A DNA stretch of 32,288 nucleotides from contig CAYYER010000001.1 of assembly GCA_964471045.1 (NCBI GenBank), forward strand, positions 1-32,288. The letters run 5' to 3'. A program made the position numbers and the translations under genes. The notes below the pieces were generated by a model. The model saw nothing but the letters and a program-made list of their open reading frames with translations. It did not search any database and had not been told where the DNA came from. Source of the DNA: an uncultured archaeon. Its GTDB lineage: Archaea > Aenigmatarchaeota > Aenigmatarchaeia > CG10238-14 > SCSR01. Shown here one piece after another: positions 15,915-25,500 of this stretch. The first letter of the stretch is position 1; every line of letters begins with the position of its first letter.

Positions 15915-16978
15915 TGCCCTTCCATAAGGTCCATCTAATAAAAATACCCTGGAGAATAGCGATAGGAAAGAATGCTATCAAGACCATACCGAATCTCTTG
16001 GAAGAGCTTGGAGTTTTTTCTGCTCTCTTAGTCCACGGACCTCTAACCTCCGAGCTTGCTGGAAAAAGAATAGAAAAAATTCTAAGGAGAAATGGGTTTG
16101 AAGTTAGCTCGTTCATCGTAAACAAAGCGGATTTTTCGAGCGTTAAAAAAGTGGAGAAAAAAGCTAGGGCTTTAAAAGCCCAAGCTTTATTGGGGATAGG
16201 AGGAGGAAAAAACATAGACGTTGCAAAAACCGCTGCTTTCAAGCTCAAAATACCTTACTTAAGCGTTCCGACCATTCCTTCGCACGATGGCATAGCTTCG
16301 GCTTGCTCGAGCCTTTTCAAAGGAAGAAAAAAACATTCCCTGTTTTTAGATCCTCCTGCTGCCATAGTTGCTGACATGAAGTATTTGAGCAAAGCTCCCT
16401 TTAGATTTTTTGCCTCGGGCGCTGGAGACGTTATAGCAAAGTATACTGCAGTAACCGATTGGGAGCTTGCAAAAGAAAGGAAGGGAGAATATTATGGAGA
16501 GTATGCAGCCCAAATAACCTCTCTTGCAGCTTCTGTTATAATGGAGAATGCATCTAGGTATAAAGAAGATTATGGGTCGGCGGTAAGGCTTTTGACAGAA
16601 GCTTTGATAAGCTGTGGCTATGCGATGTGTATGGCTGGCTCTTCCAGACCATGCTCAGGCTCAGAGCATTTATTCGCCCATGCCATAGATTGGCTCTATC
16701 CATCAAACCAAGCTTTGCACGGAGAAAAAGTTGCTCTGGGAACTTTAATAATGAGCTATTATCAAGGAAAAGACTTTGAGTTTGTTAAGGAAGTTCTTAA
16801 GACTTTAAAGCTTCCTACAAACTATAGGGAGATAGAAATTCCTAGCAAGATTTTGATTAAGGCGGTAACCCACGCTTCAAAGATGAGAAAAAGGTATACT
16901 ATACTCGATGAGCTAAGAATAAAGAAAGGGAAAGAAAGGGAGGTTGAAAGAGTTCTTAAAAAATTGGAAATCATCTAG
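15914..16978 (+). CDS. egsA: glycerol-1-phosphate dehydrogenase [NAD(P)+]
   Basis: Iron-ADH/DHQS-like fold motifs GIGGGKNIDVAK, PTIPSHDGIAS, GAGDVIAK, SGSEHLFAHAID and HGEKVALGT. Confidence 0.88.
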   Translation: MPFHKVHLIKIPWRIAIGKNAIKTIPNLLEELGVFSALLVHGPLTSELAGKRIEKILRRNGFEVSSFIVNKADFSSVKKVEKKARALKAQALLGIGGGKNIDVAKTAAFKLKIPYLSVPTIPSHDGIASACSSLFKGRKKHSLFLDPPAAIVADMKYLSKAPFRFFASGAGDVIAKYTAVTDWELAKERKGEYYGEYAAQITSLAASVIMENASRYKEDYGSAVRLLTEALISCGYAMCMAGSSRPCSGSEHLFAHAIDWLYPSNQALHGEKVALGTLIMSYYQGKDFEFVKEVLKTLKLPTNYREIEIPSKILIKAVTHASKMRKRYTILDELRIKKGKEREVERVLKKLEII

Positions 16979-17783
16979 CTTTTTTCGAAATCTCGAGGAA
17001 ATAGTAGGTTTTTGAAATTAGGTTGAATGCATACATTATCGAGATGAAGAAAGATGCGACTATCGCTTCTATTACTAACAAGTGATAGTTCTGCAGGATT
17101 AAAGAAATCGCCCTTGTAACCTCGTAAGACTGAAATGCTTGAGCAGTCGAAGAGATAACAAACCTAAGCTCGGAGAATATGGGCAAAAGGATTGCCGTCG
17201 AAATGAAGAGGGAGAATAGGAATATGACAAAAATTATGAAGCGCGTTAAAACCCAGAAAGAAAAAGTGCTGAAAACTTTTTTCTTTACTAAGTTAAAGCT
17301 CCTTGCTAAAGCAAAGTCAAAGCTATCCTTTTTTATGACAACGGCTGGTAAAGCAAAGATGAAAATCCAGTCTATGAGGATTTGGAATATTATAGAAAAA
17401 CTCTTGAGGAAGAAGGTGAGGAGGACTAGTATGCAAATAACCAGGCAAAGAGCAAACATTTGCAAGTAAACCTTCTTAGAGTACTTCAAGCATTTTTCAA
17501 AACCTTTCTTCGATTTTATATCCCAAATTAGGGCACCGCTAAACCAAATGTTTACCAATACTGTAGCTATCAAGGCTATTGCTATACCAGCCAAATTGGC
17601 ATAGAAAATTTGTACGTCGACCGAAGAGGGGGAAGTATAAAAAGATGGAATTCTAGAAAGGATTGGCAAAAGAAATATCAGCAGGGAAAGCGAGAAGATG
17701 AGATACAAGAGGAAGAAAGGGAGGAATCTTCTCGGCCAGAGCATTTCCCTTAAACTCCTTGAAATTACCCCAATTATGCCCAT
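16971..17783 (-). CDS. polytopic membrane protein (270 aa), function unknown
   Basis: About six long hydrophobic segments. 3' end overlaps the egsA 3' end by 8 nt. Confidence 0.55.
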   Translation of the reverse strand: MGIIGVISRSLREMLWPRRFLPFFLLYLIFSLSLLIFLLPILSRIPSFYTSPSSVDVQIFYANLAGIAIALIATVLVNIWFSGALIWDIKSKKGFEKCLKYSKKVYLQMFALCLVICILVLLTFFLKSFSIIFQILIDWIFIFALPAVVIKKDSFDFALARSFNLVKKKVFSTFSFWVLTRFIIFVIFLFSLFISTAILLPIFSELRFVISSTAQAFQSYEVTRAISLILQNYHLLVIEAIVASFFISIMYAFNLISKTYYFLEISKKAR

Positions 17784-17805
17784 GTTTTTAATTTGGAAAA
17801 ATCCG

Positions 17806-17814
17806 TATTTAAAG
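17806..17814. promoter_or_regulatory. single symmetric TATA element (TATTTAAAG; minus strand reads CTTTAAATA) shared by divergent genes
   Basis: Centre at about 17810 is equidistant (about 27 nt) from ATG 17783 (minus) and ATG 17837 (plus). Confidence 0.45.
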
Positions 17815-17836
17815 GTTAAAAAACAAGTATTTTTGG

Positions 17837-18997
17837 ATGATAGTTGGCTTAGTGGGAAAGCCGAATAGCGGGAAATCCAGCTTTTTAAAAGCAGCTACTT
17901 TAGCAGAAGTTGGAATTTCCCCCGTTCCATTCACTACTATTAAGCCCAACGTAGCTGTTGGTTACGTTTCGATAGATTGCGTATGCAAAGAGTTTGGAGT
18001 TGAGTGCAACCCGAAAAAAGGTTATTGCAAGAATGGAAAAAGGTTTGTCCCGATTAAGCTTGTGGATGTGGCTGGCTTGGTTCCCGATGCCCATAAGGGT
18101 AAAGGCTTGGGCAATCAATTCTTAGATGATTTAAGGCAAGCTTCTGTTCTAATCCATGTGGTCGATTTTTCTGGCTTAACTGATGAGGAGGGAAAACCAA
18201 CAAAAAACCATGATCCAAGCTTGGACATAGAGTTTTTAGAGAAAGAAATCGACTTATGGTTCGCTTCCATAATTAAAAGAGCTATCCAGAAATTTGAAAA
18301 GAAGATTGCAAAATTTTCCAAAGCAGATTTATTTCGAGTGCTAGCCGAACCACTCTATGGATTAGAAGTTAAAAAAGAACATGTAGAGAAGGCTTTGGAA
18401 AAAACTTCTATAAGCGATGTGGAAAATTTTGCAAAAGTTTTAAGAAAAATTTCCAAGCCGATTTTGATAGCTGCGAACAAGATAGATTTACCCCAAGCTC
18501 AAGCTAACTTTGAGCGATTGAAGGAAAGGTATGAGCACATAGTTCCTACGAGTGCTGAGGCTGAGATTGCCTTGAAAAAAGCTGCAGAGAAAAATTTAAT
18601 AGAATACTTACCAGGAAATGATTTTAAGATTTTGGAGGAAAGCAAGCTTGATGAAAGGCAGTTAAAAGCCTTAAAGCTCATAAGGGAAGGAGTTATTGAA
18701 AAGTACGGATCGACAGGAATTCAAGCTTGCTTGAATAAGGCTGTGTTTGAGTTGCTTGACTACATAGCCGTCTACCCCGTTGCAGATTCTAACAAGCTGT
18801 GCGATAAGGAAGGGAATGTCTTGCCAGACGTCTTTCTTGTGCCTAAAGGAACTACCTTAAAGGAATTCGCTTTTAAAATTCATACTGAGATTGGGGAAAA
18901 GTTTATTTGCGGAATAGATGCCAGGACAAAAAAGAGGTTGTCCGCTGATTATGTTTTAAAGGATAGGGATGTAATCGAAATAGCTTTTAGAAAATAG
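17837..18997 (+). CDS. OBG-family GTPase (Ygr210/YchF-related) with C-terminal TGS domain
   Basis: G1 GKPNSGKSS at residues 7-15, G3 DVAGLV, G4 NKID, GNQFLDDLRQASVLIHVVD, and a TGS-like C-terminus (..YVLKDRDVIEIAF). Confidence 0.8.
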   Translation: MIVGLVGKPNSGKSSFLKAATLAEVGISPVPFTTIKPNVAVGYVSIDCVCKEFGVECNPKKGYCKNGKRFVPIKLVDVAGLVPDAHKGKGLGNQFLDDLRQASVLIHVVDFSGLTDEEGKPTKNHDPSLDIEFLEKEIDLWFASIIKRAIQKFEKKIAKFSKADLFRVLAEPLYGLEVKKEHVEKALEKTSISDVENFAKVLRKISKPILIAANKIDLPQAQANFERLKERYEHIVPTSAEAEIALKKAAEKNLIEYLPGNDFKILEESKLDERQLKALKLIREGVIEKYGSTGIQACLNKAVFELLDYIAVYPVADSNKLCDKEGNVLPDVFLVPKGTTLKEFAFKIHTEIGEKFICGIDARTKKRLSADYVLKDRDVIEIAFRK

Positions 18998-20624
18998 ACT
19001 GAGTTATGTTCCTAAGTTTTTCGATTATTTTAGCGAAAAAACCTGTTAAAGGATAGGTTCTAGGTTTATAGGTAGAGCAATAGACATACTGCTTGACATT
19101 GTTTACGTACAAGTTTCCTGAATAATACTCATCTGCTTCTAAGGGTTGAGGGAGAGTGAAGTTTAGAATTTTTATTTCACCTTTTTTGGCACTATCAAAA
19201 GATAAGCTAGTTTTAAACCTTTCGGTTTTGTATCCGTAGCTATTATATTCATTCCAGCCTTGTAAGCTTCCATCCTCAAAACTATAGATTGTTTTCGAGC
19301 CATCTTTTTCTACTTCAATGTAATCTATGGCAGCATCCCATTTATTATTTCCATCGCCAGGGGAGTAAACTCCTATACCTATCTTATGGGTTCCGCTGAG
19401 TTCAAGCGAATATTCGTACCATTTCTCCTTTTCAGCATAACAGAAATCCAAAACATCTGTTCTTTCCTCATCAAGCCAGTAAGAAAGTGTTCTAAAACCG
19501 CAATATTTTGCATCGTGGTTTATCATCCATCTCCATGTTATTTTTCCGCTATTTCCAAAATCGATTGTTTTGTAGATATAATTTTTCTCTCCTCCCCAGT
19601 TATCGTTTTCTGGGTCAATAAATACCGCGTAAGAGCCGTCATAAGCATACGAGGAAGTAATGTATACATCACCGCTCTGCCCATAAGTTGAGTACTTGAG
19701 AGTGAGATTGGCTAGCCCTGCTGGTATGTTCTTAGTAGCTTCTATTGCAATTTTCACTTCATTAGAATCAGGCTTGCAAAGTGTTTCAAGTATTCTATAG
19801 TTGGGAAGCCATTCAACCTTTTCGTAAGGCACGGGCAAGCTTATTTCTTCGACTCCAGCATCCCTGCTGAAGCTTGTAGCTTCGTAAGTGAATTCCATGG
19901 AAGATGAAGAAGAATAATACTTACTGTAGTTATAGAAGATATCAAACTTGAATGAAAATTCTAGAGGAATTCCAGTTTCTTTATCATAGCAGGAAAATAT
20001 GGTAAAGTTAACATTTTCGCTTTTAACATAAAGGGGAAGCTCCATCTCTTCCTTCATCAACTTTTCAACATCCATGTCAAACCTAAAGTTTTGACAAGTT
20101 CTTCCGGCAACTTTCTTTTCTCCTTCGTAAGAAATCTTTGCTATACCTTTATCCTTCCATTCTTGTAATTTTTGAGTTTGAGCTTGAGGGGGCATGGGAG
20201 TCTCTCCAAACGCTACTTCTGATTCAACCTCCTTGCAATGATATTCTGGCTCGATTATAGAAGTTTGATAGCACATCACATTTCCTTCGGGAAGCACATA
20301 ATATTCGTAAGTATTCCTGTAAGAGCTAAAGTAATAAGAGCTCTCTGGAGTTTCGAGTCTTATGGTTGTTTTAATCTTCCCGTTTTTTGCAATAGTCTCT
20401 GCGCTTCCTCTTAATTCGCTTCCTATTCCTCCTGAGCTAATATTTGCTTTTATATCATAAGTTATCCTATACTCCTTCAAATTCTCCATCCTTTGGAAGA
20501 GTCGGTCTAAAAGCTTGAGCGGGTCTGGCTTAAAAAACCAGTTATAATAGTATCCTGCAAAGAAAATTAATCCAGACGCAGATAGAATAAGTATTAAAAA
20601 GAAAACTTTTACCGCAGTTTCCAT
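18987..20624 (-). CDS. N-terminally anchored extracellular protein (545 aa), probable cell-surface protein
   Basis: N-terminal hydrophobic segment VKVFFLILILSASGLIFFAGYYY. Y/S/N/E-rich beta-type sequence. Several N-x-S/T sequons (NISS, NFT, NYS, NLT, NIT). C-terminal FEDGSLQGW-type motif as seen at starts of carbohydrate-binding/jelly-roll modules. Confidence 0.6.
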   Translation of the reverse strand: METAVKVFFLILILSASGLIFFAGYYYNWFFKPDPLKLLDRLFQRMENLKEYRITYDIKANISSGGIGSELRGSAETIAKNGKIKTTIRLETPESSYYFSSYRNTYEYYVLPEGNVMCYQTSIIEPEYHCKEVESEVAFGETPMPPQAQTQKLQEWKDKGIAKISYEGEKKVAGRTCQNFRFDMDVEKLMKEEMELPLYVKSENVNFTIFSCYDKETGIPLEFSFKFDIFYNYSKYYSSSSSMEFTYEATSFSRDAGVEEISLPVPYEKVEWLPNYRILETLCKPDSNEVKIAIEATKNIPAGLANLTLKYSTYGQSGDVYITSSYAYDGSYAVFIDPENDNWGGEKNYIYKTIDFGNSGKITWRWMINHDAKYCGFRTLSYWLDEERTDVLDFCYAEKEKWYEYSLELSGTHKIGIGVYSPGDGNNKWDAAIDYIEVEKDGSKTIYSFEDGSLQGWNEYNSYGYKTERFKTSLSFDSAKKGEIKILNFTLPQPLEADEYYSGNLYVNNVKQYVYCSTYKPRTYPLTGFFAKIIEKLRNITQSIF

Positions 20625-20653
20625 AATTAAATTTAGTTTTTTTACCTTAAAAT

Positions 20654-21109
20654 TTAAATTAACCTGAAATCTTCCTTGACTGTAGTCAAAACTAAGTGCG
20701 TATTAGTTCTTTCGACAAAGGGCATCGCTAGAATTTTTTTGACAAATTCGCTCAATTCCTGTCTTCGTCTAAACTTAGCTATGATCAAAGCATCTGTCAA
20801 GCCAGTAATGTCATAAACTGCACAAACGTTCTTAAGCTTAGCTACCTCTCTCTCAACTTCCAGAAGCTTTCCCTTAGAAACCGTTATTTCTATCACTGCA
20901 GTCAACTCATAGCCAAGCTTTTCGTGGTCAACTATTGCTGCATACCCCTTTACTATTCTTTCTTTTTCCATCCATTTTATCCTAGAAATGACTGTACCGA
21001 CTGATAGATTAAGATGCCTGGCTATTTCTCTGAAAGAAAGTCTCGAGTTTGAAAGCAAGAGCTTAAGGATTTTAACGTCTGTCTCATCCAGTTCTATCTT
21101 TCTCCTCAT
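20654..21109 (-). CDS. lrp: Lrp/AsnC-family transcriptional regulator (151 aa)
   Basis: LDETDVKILKLLLSNSRLSFREIARHLNLSVGTVISRIKWMEKERIVKGY HTH plus a RAM domain. Divergent from glnA. Confidence 0.85.
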   Translation of the reverse strand: MRRKIELDETDVKILKLLLSNSRLSFREIARHLNLSVGTVISRIKWMEKERIVKGYAAIVDHEKLGYELTAVIEITVSKGKLLEVEREVAKLKNVCAVYDITGLTDALIIAKFRRRQELSEFVKKILAMPFVERTNTHLVLTTVKEDFRLI

Positions 21110-21143
21110 CTATTAGATATTTGTTAATATAAAATTAAATTTT

Positions 21144-21159
21144 TTGAATTTTTGTTCAA
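21144..21159. promoter_or_regulatory. inverted repeat TTGAA-N6-TTCAA, candidate Lrp-type operator between lrp and glnA
   Basis: Perfect 5-bp arms with an AT-rich spacer. A third TTCAA half-site lies at 21162-21166. Sits just upstream of the glnA TATA. Confidence 0.35.
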
Positions 21160-21177
21160 TTTTCAAGCTATAAAAAA

Positions 21178-21185
21178 TTTATATT
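21178..21185 (+). promoter_or_regulatory. putative glnA TATA box (TTTATATT)
   Basis: 3' edge is 21 nt upstream of ATG 21206, the same geometry as the 3551-3558 box. A mirror TTTATATT on the minus strand (21126-21133) precedes lrp. Confidence 0.4.
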
Positions 21186-21205
21186 TTTAGATTTAAAAGT
21201 AATGA

Positions 21206-22573
21206 ATGAACAAAGAGAAGGAAGGGTTAAACAGCATATTAGAAACGGTAAAAAAAGAAAAGGTAAAAAGAGTCCATTTTCAGTTCGTCGACATTGTCGG
21301 CAACTTAAAAAGCGTTAGCGTACCTACGGCCGAAAAAAACTTAAAGGATTTTGAAGATTATCTGGAGAATGGTGTTGGTTTTGATGGTTCTTCGATAGAA
21401 GGTTTTGTCAGAATAGCTGAAAGCGACTTGGTTCTAAAGCCTGATCTATCGACCTTTAAAATTTTCCCTTGGAGAATAAACGAGATAAAAGAAGGGAGGA
21501 TTATTTGCGAAGTCTTAAAACCTGGGGGATTTCCTTTTGAAGGCGACCCAATTTATGCTCTAAAAAGATGCGAGAAAAAGCTGGAGAGAAAGCTTGGCAA
21601 AGGAACAACCTATCAAGTAAGCTCCGAGATCGAGTTTTTCCTTTTTGAGATGAAAGATGATATAGTAACCAGGCCTTTGAAAACTGATGTCTACGGATAT
21701 TTCGACTATGCTCCCTTACACAAAACGACTCTAGCTTTGAACAGAGCTATAGATTACATGCAAGCTCTAGGCCTTACAGTCTGTAAAGGGCACCATGAGG
21801 TAGCGAAGGGTCAGTATGAAATAGATTATAAGCATGATTCTGCCTTAAGGTCTGCCATAAACTTCGTGAACTATAAGCTTTGCGTTAAGACCGCAAGCGC
21901 TGAAAGTGGCCTGCTCGCAAGCTTCATGCCAAAACCGATTTATGGAGTCTATGGCTCGGGGGCCCATACCCATCAAAGTCTTATGAAAAATGGGGAAAAC
22001 TTGTTCTTCGATGAAGAAGACGAATATCATCTTTCTTCCTTAGCAAAGCATTTCCTCGCTGGACAATTAAAATGCGTTAAAGAAATAGTTGGAGTGACCA
22101 ATCCTACCGTCAATTCTTATAAAAGACTAGTAGTTGGTTATGAAGCGCCCGTTTACATCTGCTGGGGAACTAGGAATAGGTCTGCCCTAATAAGGAAGCC
22201 AGAATACTTTCCTGGAAAAGAAAAGGAAACTAGGCTAGAAGCAAGATGGCCAGACCCTTCTATGAATCCTTTCCTTGGCTATGCTGTAATGCTTGAAGCT
22301 GGCTTGTACGGAATAGACAAGAAAATAGAACTTCCCGATCCTATAGAAGAAGACGTTTATCATTTCGACGATGCAAAGTTAAAGAAGTTCTACATAGAGA
22401 CTTTGCCCAGGTCTTTGGGAGAGGCTATGGAACTTACGAGAAAGAGTAAAGTAGTTGAAAATGCTTTGGGTAGCTTCATCCAAAAAAAGCTCTATGAAAT
22501 GCATGAAAAACAATGGGATGAGTATAGGACCCAAGTTCATCCATGGGAAGTTGAAAGGTATTTATTCATCTAG
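21206..22573 (+). CDS. glnA: glutamine synthetase, type I
   Basis: FDGSSIEGF, EIEFFLF, GSGAHTHQSL, NSYKRLVVGYEAP and RNRSALIR motifs in canonical order. 455 aa. Confidence 0.93.
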   Translation: MNKEKEGLNSILETVKKEKVKRVHFQFVDIVGNLKSVSVPTAEKNLKDFEDYLENGVGFDGSSIEGFVRIAESDLVLKPDLSTFKIFPWRINEIKEGRIICEVLKPGGFPFEGDPIYALKRCEKKLERKLGKGTTYQVSSEIEFFLFEMKDDIVTRPLKTDVYGYFDYAPLHKTTLALNRAIDYMQALGLTVCKGHHEVAKGQYEIDYKHDSALRSAINFVNYKLCVKTASAESGLLASFMPKPIYGVYGSGAHTHQSLMKNGENLFFDEEDEYHLSSLAKHFLAGQLKCVKEIVGVTNPTVNSYKRLVVGYEAPVYICWGTRNRSALIRKPEYFPGKEKETRLEARWPDPSMNPFLGYAVMLEAGLYGIDKKIELPDPIEEDVYHFDDAKLKKFYIETLPRSLGEAMELTRKSKVVENALGSFIQKKLYEMHEKQWDEYRTQVHPWEVERYLFI

Positions 22574-25500
22574 CCTTTAATCTCATTATTTCGGCATAAA
22601 GTTCATTCAAGACATTCGTATAAGCTTCCTTCCCTTCCTCGATCCTATCCATTATAGCTTCTAATCTTCGAGTAACTTCTTCGCTTATGTATTCTCCATA
22701 ATTTTTGATCAAGAAATTATAAACCTTGAAGCCGAGCTTTGTGTTAACTAGCTTATTCCTCCTTTCGACCACATATTTTCTTTCCAACAAGACTTGAACA
22801 ATTTTCGAATAGGTGCTAGGCCTTCCAATCTTTCTCTCCTTCATCAAGCCAACAACCTCTCCTTGCGAAAATGGCCAAGCTTTCGGAGCTCTTTTTATTC
22901 TTGCAAAGATTATTCTGTAAAGTCCGCTTTCCACCCTTCTCTTCACTTCAAAATGAACTAGCCTGTTAAAACCTTCCTTAATAATTTCGACCGCTAATTC
23001 CAAGCTTGTGTCATTCCCAAAAACCTTAATTTTTAGAATTTGATACTTAACTTCGATTTCTCTCATTTGGCTTGCCATAAACCTTTTGAAAATCAAATCG
23101 TAAAGCATGCAATGCTCCTCACTCAAAACTTTAACAAACCTTATCCTACCAGAGAAAATCAAATCCTTAAGTTTGGCTGGATCTATGGCTCTAGTCGGTC
23201 TAATGCATTCATGAGCCCCTTCCTTTCTATAGCTTCTTCCAACAAAAAATTCTTTCCCAAACTTCTTTTGAATATAATCTTTTGCCAGGTTAATTCCAAA
23301 GGTTGAAACGCTCGTAGAATCTGTTCTATGATAGGTTATTAGCCCGCATTCAAACAAATCTTGAGCAATTCTCATGGTTTGGTTTACCGAAAAATTCAGC
23401 TTTAGGGAAGCATCCTTGAGCAAAGCATCCGTAGTATAAGGAGGTAGTGGATAAACTTTCCTAATTTCTTCCTTCACGACTTCAACTTTTGCTCTCTCTT
23501 CTCTAGCCTTTTTGTAAATTTCCCTGAAATCGAATTCAAGCTTGGGTTCTTCTATTCTTATCGAAAGATTGTTTTCTAACTTTGCATTCAAGACAATTTT
23601 TTTCTCCCAGCTTTCTTTAGTCCTTTCGATTATCCATCCTAGAACCGGGGTTTGAACCCTTCCTGCAGAGAGCTTTCTGTTTTTGAAAACTTTCCAAAGA
23701 ATCTGGCTTAATTCAAATCCTATCCATCTATCTTCTATCCTTCTTACTATCTGGGCTTCGACCAGGCTAAAGTTTATTCCTCTCTTGTTGGCAATCGCAT
23801 TCAGTATAGCTTTCTTAGTTATCTCATGAAACTCTAACCTATAAATTTTGCTATTTATTGGGTAAAGGCTGCAGTACAAATCGTAAGCAATCTTTTCCCC
23901 TTCTGCATCAGGGTCTGTTGCTATAAAAATTAGATTAGTCTCTAGTGCTATCTTCCTTAAGGAACCGACTATCCTTTCTTTCGAAACTATTTCCAAACTT
24001 TTACATTTTGGACAAGAGTCGTATTCGGTAAACTGATGTCCGCACTTTAAACATTTCTTGATGAAATCGTAGATCGGATAAAAATTGTTTTCTTTTTTAA
24101 GCACTCCATGAAAACCTTCTGAAAAGATTAAATCGTAGAGATGACCCATCGTTGCAACTATGTTCAATATATACTCTCCAGTACTCGTTTCGTAGACAGT
24201 TAAATTACCGACTAACCTTTTACTCGGCTTTCCGAAAAATTTTGCGATGGTCTTTGCTTTTGTTGGAGATTCCACTATCAAAAGAGCGACTTTGATGTAA
24301 TCCTTGATTCGCTTCGAAACTTTACCTTCTGAAATTTCTTTTATTAGCTTCCTATCTTCATCTACTTGCTTAAACCATCTAGCAAGCTTTTTAAGTTCAA
24401 AACTTTCCCAGCTTATGTCTTCGAGGAAATAGCTTAGCTTTTCAACAAGCCCATTAAAAGCTTTTCTATCGTCGACCAGCAGAATGCTAGCTCCTCTTGA
24501 GATTCCACCAGCAAATAGGCGAGAGGCTCTTCCAGAAGCTTGGATGTAAGCAACTGGGTCCGAAATTATCAAATAAAACTCGTTAGCCTTTTCCTTTAGG
24601 CTTATCGTCTCATCCTTTCTAATTTTTTCTATCAAATCTCTTGTAAGAAGTTTTTCCAAAAATTTTTGAGTTTTGATTATAATCTTTTGAGCAAAACCTT
24701 CAAAACCTTCTAGGCTTAAGTTATTCGAACAAGCTTCCTCAATCTTCTGAATCATTTCTTTGCTCAAGGGAATTATTTTCTTAAGCTGTGCGATTAGATC
24801 ATCGATTTTTTCTTTTGTCTTTTCGTCGAAAAATTCTCTTATGTTCTTAATCAAAGTCAAAAGCTTAGTCGGGTTGAATTCCTTTGCACTCAACCTTATC
24901 TCAAACCTTGGTACGCCCGCAAAAATTACATACCTTATTCTTTCTGGTAAATCGATTCCCCTTGCTAAAGGAGACCGAAAGCTCGCAACCCCAACCAAGC
25001 AATCGTAGAATCCATTCTCGAAATTTTCCAGAATATCTTCTTCCATTTTCTCGTAAACATAAGAATTAATTCCATTAGTCTTCAAGTATTCAGCCAGATT
25101 CTTTGCATAAGCTTTCCCCTTTTCCATCGGAACGAAAATCAAGCAACCGGAACCGAATTTCCTGATTATTTCGAGAGTATCTTTTTCAAGTTCCTTACTC
25201 TCTTTATAAAAATCTCTTATATTCCTTAGGAATTGGGGTAAATAGCCCAATTCGAAGCCCAAAAGCTCTTTAAAAAGTTTTACTCTCTTCGTCCTCTTAG
25301 CTTTTGTAGTAGCACCCGAAACTACGAGTATCCCAATCTTATTCCTTAGCTTAAACTCTTCAACCCTTTTCCTTATTCTCTCTATTTCTTTCGAAATTTT
25401 CTTCGTCGAAGCTTTCATCTTCTTGAGCTTGTTAAGCTCTTTTCTCAATTCTAAAAGTCTTAGAGAATCGTTTACTATTTCTTCTGAAAAACCTAGACAA

